Shown piece by piece: positions 37,458-45,930 of a stretch of DNA of 64,000 nucleotides; position 1 is the first letter of the stretch; each line of letters opens with the position of its first letter. This DNA is from Sumerlaeia bacterium. Its GTDB lineage: Bacteria > Sumerlaeota > Sumerlaeia > SLMS01 > JAHLLQ01. The notes below the pieces were generated by a model. That model made no database searches, was not told the DNA's origin, and saw only the letters and a list, made by a program, of their open reading frames with translations. Location: contig JAVJSW010000004.1 in NCBI GenBank assembly GCA_040219255.1, positions 127,266-191,265 of the forward strand. Direction: 5' to 3'. A program made the position numbers and the translations under genes.

Positions 37458-39685
37458 GGGGCGGACACCTCCCGGGTCAGGTTTTTCCAGTCCGCCCGCA
37501 ATCGATCCGCTTCCTCGCGCGTCGCTGGCCGCACGCGGCACGCCGCCACCTTGAACTCCGGCATCTTGCTGATGGGATCGAGAGCCCGCACCGTCAGTTG
37601 ATTCGCCGCCAGCCGCTCAGCCCAATGGTACGGCACGAAGACCGTGTCGGGGCGAATCGTTTCGGTGACTTCCAGAGGGATCGTAATCTGGCCCCGGCGG
37701 GTTTCCACGGTCACGATCTGGCGCTGTTTCAGGCCCAGCTTGACCGCCAGTATCGGGTGCATTTCACAGATCGGCCCCGGGGCTTTCTCCACCAGGAACT
37801 TGATCCGGCGGGTTTGTGTGCCGCTCAGGTAATGGAACACGCTGCGGCCGCTGGTGTAATAAATCGGATAGTCCCCGTCGGGAACCTCGAAGCTCGGCCG
37901 GTACGGCGTCGGATGCAGGTGGAACTTGCCGTCGGCGTGATAACTGCGCTGGTTCTCGAACAGACGCGGCGTCCCCGGATGCCCCTCCTCGGGACAGGGC
38001 CAGAAAACGCCCATCTCGTCCTCGATTCGCTTCCAGGTAATCCCCGCGTAATCGGCCGTTCCGCCGCTGCTGGCGCGGCGCAATTCGTTGAAGACGTCCT
38101 CGTTCGTTTCGTAGGGAAACAGGTGCTCCTTGCCCAGCCGCCGCGCGATTTCCAGCAGAATGTCCGTATCGCGCCACGCGTTCGCCGGCGGTTCCACGGC
38201 CGCACGGATGCGCACGACCCGGCCCTCCGCGGTCGTCGAGGTACCTTCTTCCTCCTCGTGCAGCGACCCCGGCAGCACCACATCGGCGTAGCGTGCCGTC
38301 TCGCTCATGAAGAAATCGATCACGCAGAGGAACTCCATTCCCTCCAACGTTTCGCGGACAAAGTTCGTGTCCGGATGGCTCACCATCGGGTTGCAGCAGA
38401 TGTTGATCAGGCCGTGGATTTCGCCGCCGTGGATGGCCTCGAACAGCTCCACCGCGGTCTTGCCCTTGTGCGGCAATTGATCGTCCGTGATGCCCCAGAC
38501 CTTGCAGATGTGGGCGCGATGCTCGGGGTTCTCGATGTCGCGGTTGCCGGGCAGTTGGTCGCACTTGTGGCCGTGCTCACGGCCTCCCTGGCCGTTGCCT
38601 TGCCCCGTGATCGTCCCATAGCCGCAGCCCTCGCGGCCGATGCGCCCGGTGGCCAGAACCAGGTTGATCAGGCTCAGCACGTTCTCGACGCCCTTGCTCT
38701 GTTGCTCGACGCCCCGCGCGTGCATCAAGAAACTGGTCCGCGCTTCGCCCCAGACGCGGGCCACCTCGCGGATTGTCTGCGGCGACACGCCACAGATCTC
38801 CCCCGCCCACTCCGGCGTGCAGGTCGTCACGGACTGCTTCAGCTCCTCCCAGCCCTTGCAGTGCTCGGTCACGAACGCGTGGTCGATCCAGTCGTTGGCG
38901 ATCAGTTCATGCAGCAGCGCCTGGCCCAGGGCGCTGTCGGTGCCGGGGCGCAGCGGAATGTGCAAATCCGCCGTCCGGGCGATGGGCGTCACCCGCGGGT
39001 CCACCACGATCAGCTTCGCGCCGTTGTCGCGCGCTTTCCAGATATAGTGCGTCAGCGTCGGAAAGCACTCGCTGACGTTGCTGCCCGAGACGAAGACGAC
39101 TTCCGCCTTCGGGATGTCGCTCCACGAATTCGCAGCCCGGTCCACGCCAAAGGCCTTCTTGTTCCCCGCTCCGGCGGACACCATGCAGAAGCGCCCGTTG
39201 TAATCCAGATTGGACGTTTCCAACGCCAGCCGCGCGAACTTACCCACCAGGTAACTCTTTTCGTTGGAAAGGGAAACGCCGCTCATCATGGCGAAGGCGT
39301 CTTTGCCGTGGCGCCCCTGGATGTCGCGCAGCTTGGAAACCACCAGGTCCAGCGCTTCGTCCCAGCTCGCCTTGCGAAAGCCGTCCTGCGTCCGGATCAG
39401 CGGGTCCGTCAGGCGGTCCGGGTGGTGCGTCTGCATGTAGCGCTTCACGCCCTTGGGGCAAAGCCGGCCTTCGTTGAAGGGAAACTCCTCCCACGGTTCG
39501 AAACCGACGACGCGGCCGTCTTTCACGGCGAGCTGAATGCCGCACTGCATGCCACAGAAGCAGCAGTGGGTCTTGACCAGCTCGTCGGGCTCGGGTTGGG
39601 CGAGCCAACCCTGCACCGGCCGATCGGTGATGTGCGGGCCGTATTCTTCGATGTAGTCCTGCTGAGGCAGTGAGAGGCGAGCCAT
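37454..39685 (-). CDS. Molybdopterin (Mo-bisPGD) oxidoreductase catalytic subunit, Nas/Nap/Fdh-like, probably a nitrate reductase
   Basis: HCCFCGMQCG...LCPKG [4Fe-4S]; NGRFCMVSA; GQGNGQGGRE; LDPISKMPEFK; no Tat signal. Confidence 0.85.
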   Translation of the reverse strand: MARLSLPQQDYIEEYGPHITDRPVQGWLAQPEPDELVKTHCCFCGMQCGIQLAVKDGRVVGFEPWEEFPFNEGRLCPKGVKRYMQTHHPDRLTDPLIRTQDGFRKASWDEALDLVVSKLRDIQGRHGKDAFAMMSGVSLSNEKSYLVGKFARLALETSNLDYNGRFCMVSAGAGNKKAFGVDRAANSWSDIPKAEVVFVSGSNVSECFPTLTHYIWKARDNGAKLIVVDPRVTPIARTADLHIPLRPGTDSALGQALLHELIANDWIDHAFVTEHCKGWEELKQSVTTCTPEWAGEICGVSPQTIREVARVWGEARTSFLMHARGVEQQSKGVENVLSLINLVLATGRIGREGCGYGTITGQGNGQGGREHGHKCDQLPGNRDIENPEHRAHICKVWGITDDQLPHKGKTAVELFEAIHGGEIHGLINICCNPMVSHPDTNFVRETLEGMEFLCVIDFFMSETARYADVVLPGSLHEEEEGTSTTAEGRVVRIRAAVEPPANAWRDTDILLEIARRLGKEHLFPYETNEDVFNELRRASSGGTADYAGITWKRIEDEMGVFWPCPEEGHPGTPRLFENQRSYHADGKFHLHPTPYRPSFEVPDGDYPIYYTSGRSVFHYLSGTQTRRIKFLVEKAPGPICEMHPILAVKLGLKQRQIVTVETRRGQITIPLEVTETIRPDTVFVPYHWAERLAANQLTVRALDPISKMPEFKVAACRVRPATREEADRLRADWKNLTREVSAP

Positions 39686-39699
39686 GGCGGTGGGGGTCC

Positions 39700-40863
39700 T
39701 TAGTCGAACTTGTTCTGGCGGGTTTTGTTGTGCGCGCGGCCGATCAGCATCCGCCGCCCTTTAGGCGAGACCTCGTTCCACGCCTTGGCGCAGCCGTCCG
39801 GCGCGGCGTAATCGAACTCCAGCTCACGCAGAACCTCCTTCAGATCGTCGGTCTGCATCTTGGCGGCGAAGTCTTCGTCCGTGACGGGACAGCGCGCCTG
39901 CGCCCGGTCCGCGTTTGCCGCCCGGTAATAGGAAATGCCCAGGCTGGCCGGGCGTTGGAAAATGTGGAAGAGCTTGCCGAAAGGCAGGTACAGCAGCGTC
40001 GCGATCACAACCCACGCATGGAGCTGGGCGAGGGCGCTGTAGAAATACCCCTCCAGGAACTCGTAGCTGACCCACAGCAGCAGTCCCGTGAATGCCACCG
40101 CGAACAACAGAATCAGCGGCAGAAAGTCCCTGCCGAAGCGCTGCACCGCCGCCGCGCCGGGGTCCGTCATGCGCCGGTACATGGCGATCATCACGCCCGG
40201 AATGACCAGGAAGGAGGCGACGATCAGGCCGTGGAAGACCATCCAACTCTCCAGGCCGTGCAGCGAAATCTCGCGCAGCGGATGGCCAAACACCCAGATC
40301 ATGTAGGTCGGTTCCGGATCGATGGCGGCGGACTCGAAGTGAATCCACCCGAAGACCAGCGGAAAGGTAATCGCCGCCGCCATCACGCAACCCACCGCGA
40401 TCAGCATGTGGCCCGCCCAGCGATGCGGCCCCCGATGCCACACGAAATCCTGAATCACCAGCTTCCGCAGCACCGCTTCCCCCAACACCCGCGGCGAACG
40501 CAGCCGCCACCACAGCGCCGGCGAAAAGGCGAGCTGCCACCCCCGCACCCAATACTTCCAGGTCGGCGGTTTCGTCAGCCACACGGCGTACCGGTACGCG
40601 AGGCCGAACGTCGCGAACAACGTCGCGAAGCAATAGCCGATCAGCGCCGCGTCGAAATCCTGCAAATTGCGGCTCCCAACGACGATCGCCACCGCCAGCC
40701 CCACCGTGATCGCCGCCGCCGCCAGCAGCGCCTTCAGGTGCAACTGCGACACGAAATACCGCAGCAGGTCCAGCATCCCCAAGCATCCCGCCTGGAGGCG
40801 GCGGACGACTCCGAACACCAGATGCTGAGCCATTTCGGCCCGGGTTCCCATTTCCTTCTTCAT
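39700..40863 (-). CDS. Polytopic membrane protein, NarI/HdrE-like membrane anchor
   Basis: Multiple TMs; RWAGHMLI, FHGLI and LH.W...LYLPFGKLFHIFQRP His pattern; ATGA overlap with the upstream gene. Confidence 0.7.
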   Translation of the reverse strand: MKKEMGTRAEMAQHLVFGVVRRLQAGCLGMLDLLRYFVSQLHLKALLAAAAITVGLAVAIVVGSRNLQDFDAALIGYCFATLFATFGLAYRYAVWLTKPPTWKYWVRGWQLAFSPALWWRLRSPRVLGEAVLRKLVIQDFVWHRGPHRWAGHMLIAVGCVMAAAITFPLVFGWIHFESAAIDPEPTYMIWVFGHPLREISLHGLESWMVFHGLIVASFLVIPGVMIAMYRRMTDPGAAAVQRFGRDFLPLILLFAVAFTGLLLWVSYEFLEGYFYSALAQLHAWVVIATLLYLPFGKLFHIFQRPASLGISYYRAANADRAQARCPVTDEDFAAKMQTDDLKEVLRELEFDYAAPDGCAKAWNEVSPKGRRMLIGRAHNKTRQNKFD

Positions 40864-41324
40864 CGTTCGACCTCGCGGGTGACAGGGCTCCGGCGGTACG
40901 TTCGGTCCCTTGCCGGGATGGGCCGCGTTTCCACCGGACCGTGCGGCGGCGCGTCGTAAATCCATTGCTCTTTCTTCACGCAGGTCGAACCCGGCCGGTC
41001 CTTCTCCACGAAAGCCATGAAGCGGTGGGTTTTCCCCTCGGGAGAAATCCATTCACGGCGGATATACACACCCTCCCGATCCGGTTTCAGAAGCTCCGCC
41101 CGATCCAACCCGCACAACCGCACCGCGATACAGAATCCCTCGACCGCCACTTCGCTCTCCGCCAACTCGGGCGCGTACTCCAGCCGATAGCGAAACAGCC
41201 CCTGGAGTCCCTCCTGCGCAACCACCTGCGTCTCGCGAGCGACGAGCCCCTCCCCCGCGAAGGCTTCCACTTCCTTGAGCGTCAGGCGCAGGCGGACGGA
41301 ACTGTCTTGGATTCGGATTTTCAT
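40860..41324 (-). CDS. Conserved hypothetical protein (DUF7009-like)
   Basis: MKIRIQDSSVRLRLT..EV...FVEKD; RBS GAGAGG. Confidence 0.6.
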   Translation of the reverse strand: MKIRIQDSSVRLRLTLKEVEAFAGEGLVARETQVVAQEGLQGLFRYRLEYAPELAESEVAVEGFCIAVRLCGLDRAELLKPDREGVYIRREWISPEGKTHRFMAFVEKDRPGSTCVKKEQWIYDAPPHGPVETRPIPARDRTYRRSPVTREVER

Positions 41325-41351
41325 AGAACACCTCTCGCTATTTAGCTTTCT

Positions 41352-41369
41352 ATACCTGAATATCCTGTT
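41352..41369. promoter_or_regulatory. Candidate Rrf2 operator (ATA-N8-TCCTGTT)
   Basis: One strong half-site; upstream of the molybdoenzyme operon. Confidence 0.4.
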
Positions 41370-41408
41370 ATCAATCCGGGATTTGCTCCACCTTCAACGC
41401 GGCCCATG

Positions 41409-41837
41409 TCAGCCCTTCGTGTCGCAGAGCGGCGTGCTGCCTTGCGTAGATTTGGAAAGCACTTCCAGGTTTGAGCTGGCGAAGGCCTTCTCCGCGTGCG
41501 CCACCGCGTCGTCCACCAAACTGTGGACGGGACAGAGCTTGACGTGGCCCTTCAGCCCCAGCGGGCACTTCTTGATGCGCTGCGGCGCGGCATCGACCGA
41601 CGCCAGGACATCCAACACCGTGATCTCCGCCGGTGGGCGCTGGAGGGTGAACCCGCCGTGAAGCCCGCGTTGCGAGTGGATCAGGTCGTGGCGCACCATC
41701 GACTGGAGAATTTTCGACAGGTACCCGGCGGGGACCTTCGTGCCCTCGGCGATGATGGCCGTGGTCTGGGGCTCCGGGTGGTGCTGCGCCAGAAAAACGG
41801 AGGCACGGAGTGCATATTCGCCAGTGGTGGAAATCAC
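41409..41837 (-). CDS. Rrf2-family transcriptional regulator
   Basis: EYALRA...YLSKILQ...SQRGLHGGFTL; CPLG...LCPVH potential Fe-S ligands. Confidence 0.92.
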   Translation of the reverse strand: MISTTGEYALRASVFLAQHHPEPQTTAIIAEGTKVPAGYLSKILQSMVRHDLIHSQRGLHGGFTLQRPPAEITVLDVLASVDAAPQRIKKCPLGLKGHVKLCPVHSLVDDAVAHAEKAFASSNLEVLSKSTQGSTPLCDTKG

Positions 41838-41860
41838 GCGCGGAACCCCTTCAAAGCAAT

Positions 41861-41882
41861 AACTGGACATCTTTGTCCTCTA
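41861..41882. promoter_or_regulatory. Candidate Rrf2 autoregulatory operator (AACTGGA-N8-TCC)
   Basis: AACTGGACATCTTTGTCC, about 25 bp upstream of the Rrf2 start. Confidence 0.55.
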
Positions 41883-41954
41883 AGCCGCATGCCGCGTCAA
41901 GAGACTTTCCTCCGATCATCGTTCGAGTAGCCGCGGAGGCGCTTCTTGCCCGCC

Positions 41955-42668
41955 TCAGACGCAGGCTTCTTCCAATTGAAGCGCGCGCGGAAACAGGATG
42001 CTGTTTTCCTTGTGGATGTGCGTGTGCATGTCCTGCTCGAGCCCATCGAGCGCCGCGTAAAGCACCCGCCACGTGTTGCAGGCGTCCGCCGGCGGCGTGA
42101 AGTCGTTCGTCAGGGCGCGCATCTTCTCCAGCGCCGCGCCAGCGGCATCGTGCTCTTGCTCCATGCAGCGGATCGGATTCGCCACCGACGGCGCCATGGG
42201 CCCGGCTGGGCCGCCGCCTCGCTCCATGCGCCGGATCCACGGAAAGAGAATCTCCTCCTCCTTCATCGTATGCTCTTCCAGCTCGCGCCGCAGGGCTGCA
42301 AAGACCTGATGCAGTTCGATCGTGTCCGGAGCGTGATCGCCGTGGACCTTCGCCACGCGGGCCGCCATCATCTCCAGGCGGGGCAATTCGCCGCGCAGAT
42401 AATCGTGGTGGGTTGCGACGATATGGTCCGCCAATTCGGTCAACGGCACCTGCGTCCAGTCGGTTCCGGCGCCATCATCGCGCGCCGCATCGCAGCTTTC
42501 CAGCTCCGCCAGGATCTCTTCCGCGCTCACCTTCCGGCGTTCGCAGGCGTCGCCCAGCGGCAGCTTCCCTCCACAGCAGTAGTCGATGCGGTGCTTCTCG
42601 AAAACCCGCGCGCGGGCGGGGTTCTGCGCGACCAGGCGGCCGACGGTTTCCAGCAGTTTGGAATTCAT
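41955..42668 (-). CDS. ric: Iron-sulfur cluster repair di-iron protein (Ric/YtfE/ScdA)
   Basis: IDYCCGG, HHDYLR, HTMKEEEILFP, MEQEHD and HIHKENSILFP. Confidence 0.95.
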   Translation of the reverse strand: MNSKLLETVGRLVAQNPARARVFEKHRIDYCCGGKLPLGDACERRKVSAEEILAELESCDAARDDGAGTDWTQVPLTELADHIVATHHDYLRGELPRLEMMAARVAKVHGDHAPDTIELHQVFAALRRELEEHTMKEEEILFPWIRRMERGGGPAGPMAPSVANPIRCMEQEHDAAGAALEKMRALTNDFTPPADACNTWRVLYAALDGLEQDMHTHIHKENSILFPRALQLEEACV

Positions 42669-42770
42669 GTGGTGTTCCTTGGGAATGAAGTCGAGGATTG
42701 GGATTTCCTGGGTTGAGCGCCGGGCGTCATCGGCTCCGGCCGCTTGTGAGCAAACAGTGCCGCCATACAT

Positions 42771-42902
42771 ATCTGGATGTCAAGGTCCATTTATCCAGTT
42801 CTTCGCGCCGACCTCTCCTCGGCCCGGGAATTTTCGTAGGGCAGCGAAAAGTTTGGCTTGTCAAACTCTGCATTCCATCTTTATGGATCTACTTATCTTG
42901 TT
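42771..42902. promoter_or_regulatory. Cluster of GGA-N8-TCC-type Rrf2 operator candidates in the ric/methyltransferase divergent region
   Basis: GGATGTCAAGGTCC (42775), AGGTCCATTTATCCAGTT (42783) and GGATCTACTTATCTTGTT (42885). Confidence 0.5.
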
Positions 42903-42921
42903 TTTGAAAGGTCCTCCTCCC

Positions 42922-43716
42922 ATGCAGTCCGTCCTCAACCAAATGGACACCGCGAACGCCCGGGCGCCGGGGCACTGGGTCCTGGCCCGACTGGGCAAGC
43001 GCGTCCTGCGCCCCGGAGGCCTGGAGGCCACCACCCGCCTCCTGACCGCGCTGGCGCCTTCTTCCAGCGATGACATCGTGGAATTCGCTCCGGGGCTTGG
43101 TTTGACGGCGCGCCGGCTGATCGCGGCCTCACCGGCCAGCTACACGGCTGTGGAACGGGACGAGGGCGCCGCCGCGCGGCTCGCATCCGCCCTCTCCACA
43201 CCCAGCGTCCGCATCGTGAACGGCTGCGCCGAAGCGAGCGGCCTTCCCTCCGCGTCCTTCGACCTCGTCGTGGGCGAGGCCATGCTGACGATGCAGCGCC
43301 TCGAAACGAAGCGCGCCATCGTGGGCGAAGCGGCCCGCCTGCTCCGCCCCGGCGGTCGCTACGGCATTCACGAGATCGCCCTGACGCCCGACTCGATCAA
43401 CGATTCGGTGCGCCAGAGCGTTCGCGCCGCCATGAGCCACGCCGTCCACCACGGCGTAAACCCGCAGACCGTGGCCGAATGGCGCGATCTCTTGACGCAA
43501 GCCGGTTTCACAAACCTGCGGGTCGAACTGGTTCCCTTCCGGCTTCTCGAACCCGCCCGCCTGATCGCCGACGAAGGCGTCGCCGGAGCCGCGCGTTTTG
43601 CCATGAACATGCTCCGCCACCCCGACGCCCGCCGCCGCGTACTGGCCATGCGGCGCACCTTCCGCCAGCAGATCGGTCACCTGACCGCCATTATCATCAC
43701 CGCCCAGAAAGGCTAA
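42922..43716 (+). CDS. Class I SAM-dependent methyltransferase
   Basis: GHWVLARLGKRVLRPGG; VEFAPGLG; FDLVVGEAMLTMQ; LLRPGGRY. Confidence 0.85.
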   Translation: MQSVLNQMDTANARAPGHWVLARLGKRVLRPGGLEATTRLLTALAPSSSDDIVEFAPGLGLTARRLIAASPASYTAVERDEGAAARLASALSTPSVRIVNGCAEASGLPSASFDLVVGEAMLTMQRLETKRAIVGEAARLLRPGGRYGIHEIALTPDSINDSVRQSVRAAMSHAVHHGVNPQTVAEWRDLLTQAGFTNLRVELVPFRLLEPARLIADEGVAGAARFAMNMLRHPDARRRVLAMRRTFRQQIGHLTAIIITAQKG

Positions 43717-43722
43717 ATCCCC

Positions 43723-44058
43723 ATGTCAGAACAAACCGCAACTCTCTTCCACGTCGAGTCCACCCTGACCGAAGGCGCCCCCGCCCCCAGCAGCATCCTC
43801 TCGCAATCGCTCGTGCAGAACCCGGTCGTCAAAGCCGTCCGTTTCGTCTTCGCCAAGGGCCAGGAACTCAGCGAGCACACCGCCTCCGTGCCGGCGCTGC
43901 TGCACCAGGTCAGCGGCACGTCCCGCTGGGGCCTCGGCGAAGAAACCACGGAAGCCAAACCGGGCGATTGGGCCTATCTGCCGGCGAACCTCAAGCATTC
44001 GCTCGTGGCGAGCGAGGATTGCGTGATCCTTCTTCTGCTTCTGAAACGGGGGGAGTGA
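43723..44058 (+). CDS. Cupin-domain protein
   Basis: FAKGQELSEHTAS...PGDWAYLPANLKHSL. Confidence 0.85.
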   Translation: MSEQTATLFHVESTLTEGAPAPSSILSQSLVQNPVVKAVRFVFAKGQELSEHTASVPALLHQVSGTSRWGLGEETTEAKPGDWAYLPANLKHSLVASEDCVILLLLLKRGE

Positions 44059-44110
44059 GCAGGCGCCCCCGCGGATTCGGGCCTCGGCTCGTTCCGCGGA
44101 CCGTCGCGCT

Positions 44111-45535
44111 CTATCCAGCCGGAGCCAGACTCGGCTCGGACGCCAACAGGCTCAGGAAATCGTCCACATCCAGCGCCGCGCCGCCCGACGCGATCACGGC
44201 GCGGTACCAGTGGTAGGAGTCCTTCGGGATGCGCCGCTGCGTCGGGTAGTCCACATAGACGAGCCCGAAACGGCGCGAGTACCCATAGGCCCACTCGAAA
44301 TTGTCCAGAATGGACCACTGGAAATAGCCCGCCACGGCGACGCCGTCGTTCGCCGCGCGGCGCAGTTCACGCAGATAATTGCGCAGGAAATCGATGCGTT
44401 GCGGATCGTGGACTTGGCCGTCGCCCATGATCACATCGGCGTTCGCCATACCGTTCTCCGTGACGACGATTGGCAGCCCATAGCGTTCATACAGGAACTT
44501 CGGCCCCCAATAGAGGGCGGGGGGCGTGATGGGCCAGTTCATCGCCGTTTCCCCAGCGCCCAGCGGCACCTCGGACCGGGGGCGGTCTTCGATGCCGCCG
44601 TCCGCCCCGCGTCGCACGGTCCCACCTTGGTATATGTTCACGCCGTAAAAATCCAGCGGCTGGCAGATCGTTTCCATGTCCCCCTGCCCAATCTTCGGCA
44701 TGGCCTTGCCATAGTGGGCCAGGCCGGCTTCCGGATACATGCCTTTCAGCATCGGGTCGGCGTACCAGGCGTTGTTCCAGAAGCTGTCCGTGCGCATGCC
44801 GACAGTGGCTTCGCGGGCGGCGGCGATGTCCTCCGGCGAATCCGTCTCCGGCATCGAAATGAACCCGACTGGCGCACAGCCGATCACCGGGGGGCGCTTG
44901 GCCCGCGCGCGCAGCACCTGCGTCGAAAGGCCGTGCGCCAGCAGCGCGTGATGGGTTGCCAACAGGAACTCCGACGTCGGCAATTGGAGCCCCGGCGCGT
45001 GCGTGCCATCGACATGACCGAGACCCAGAAAGCATTGGTATTCGTTGATCGTGATCCAGTGCGAAACGCGGTCCGACAGCCGATCGCACACCACCGCCGT
45101 GAAATCGGCGAACCACCGAGGCGAGTCCGGGCTGAGCCAGCCGCCGCGCCGGAAAAGCGCCAACGGATAATCCCAATGGAACAGAGTCACCCACGGCGCG
45201 ATCCCATTGGCCAGCAGATCGTCCACCAGCCGGTCGTAGAAATCGAGACCCGGTTCGTTGATCGCGCCCTGGCCTTCGGGCATGACGCGGGGCCACGAAA
45301 TCGAAAAGCGATACGCACCCGCCCCCAGCCCCGCCATCAAGGCCACATCCTCCGCCGAGCGGTTGTAATGGTCGCACGCCACCGAGCCGTCCGACAGATC
45401 GCGGATGGCCCGTTTGCGCGTGCAGAACGCATCCCAGACCGACGGCCCGCAGCCGTCCTTCGGGTTGGCGCCTTCGATCTGATAGCTGGCGGCGGCCACC
45501 CCCCAGACAAAATCCTTCGGGAATCTCGCGTTCAC
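44111..45535 (-). CDS. GH1 beta-glucosidase
   Basis: FVWGVAAASYQIEG, DHYNR, YRFSISWPR, WITINE (acid/base), VTENG (nucleophile), DNFEW. Confidence 0.95.
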   Translation of the reverse strand: MNARFPKDFVWGVAAASYQIEGANPKDGCGPSVWDAFCTRKRAIRDLSDGSVACDHYNRSAEDVALMAGLGAGAYRFSISWPRVMPEGQGAINEPGLDFYDRLVDDLLANGIAPWVTLFHWDYPLALFRRGGWLSPDSPRWFADFTAVVCDRLSDRVSHWITINEYQCFLGLGHVDGTHAPGLQLPTSEFLLATHHALLAHGLSTQVLRARAKRPPVIGCAPVGFISMPETDSPEDIAAAREATVGMRTDSFWNNAWYADPMLKGMYPEAGLAHYGKAMPKIGQGDMETICQPLDFYGVNIYQGGTVRRGADGGIEDRPRSEVPLGAGETAMNWPITPPALYWGPKFLYERYGLPIVVTENGMANADVIMGDGQVHDPQRIDFLRNYLRELRRAANDGVAVAGYFQWSILDNFEWAYGYSRRFGLVYVDYPTQRRIPKDSYHWYRAVIASGGAALDVDDFLSLLASEPSLAPAG

Positions 45536-45597
45536 GTCGCAGCCCTGCCTTTCCGGTCGAATCTTGCCTAGTGCGGTCTGGCGCATAGCGCCCATGG

Positions 45598-45621
45598 CAA
45601 TACGTTTACGATAACGTGACG
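45598..45621. promoter_or_regulatory. LacI operator candidate, triple overlapping (CAATACGTTTACGATAACGTGACG)
   Basis: Core GTTTACGATAAC is identical to the 7984 site; upstream of GH1. A second site GGGATCGATAAC lies at 45778-45789. Confidence 0.7.
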
Positions 45622-45930
45622 AGCGTCTAAGTCAAGAGGCGAGGAGCCGGCCCGGAGGAAACCCCGCGGGGAACCGGCTCAAGCATCGGAGCACGAAGAA
45701 CGAGTCCGCTTCGACGATGCGAGGCGGAACGCCACGCCCCGCGTTTCTCGTTGGCGGCGAAACGCGCAAAGCCTTGAGGGATCGATAACCTAGCCACCCG
45801 GTTCGAATGGCCCCGCACCGCCCCATGACGTCCCCGGGCGCGAAAGAACGGACACCGGGCTATTCGCCATTGCGCGCGGGGGAAGCGGTAGGTTAGCCCG
45901 TCAGCATCGTCTCGGCTGAGGGAGGATAGC

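Noticed and set aside
45030-45062. GH1 acid/base motif reads INEY rather than NEP
   Set aside because: The catalytic Glu and all other motifs are intact; probably a benign variant.
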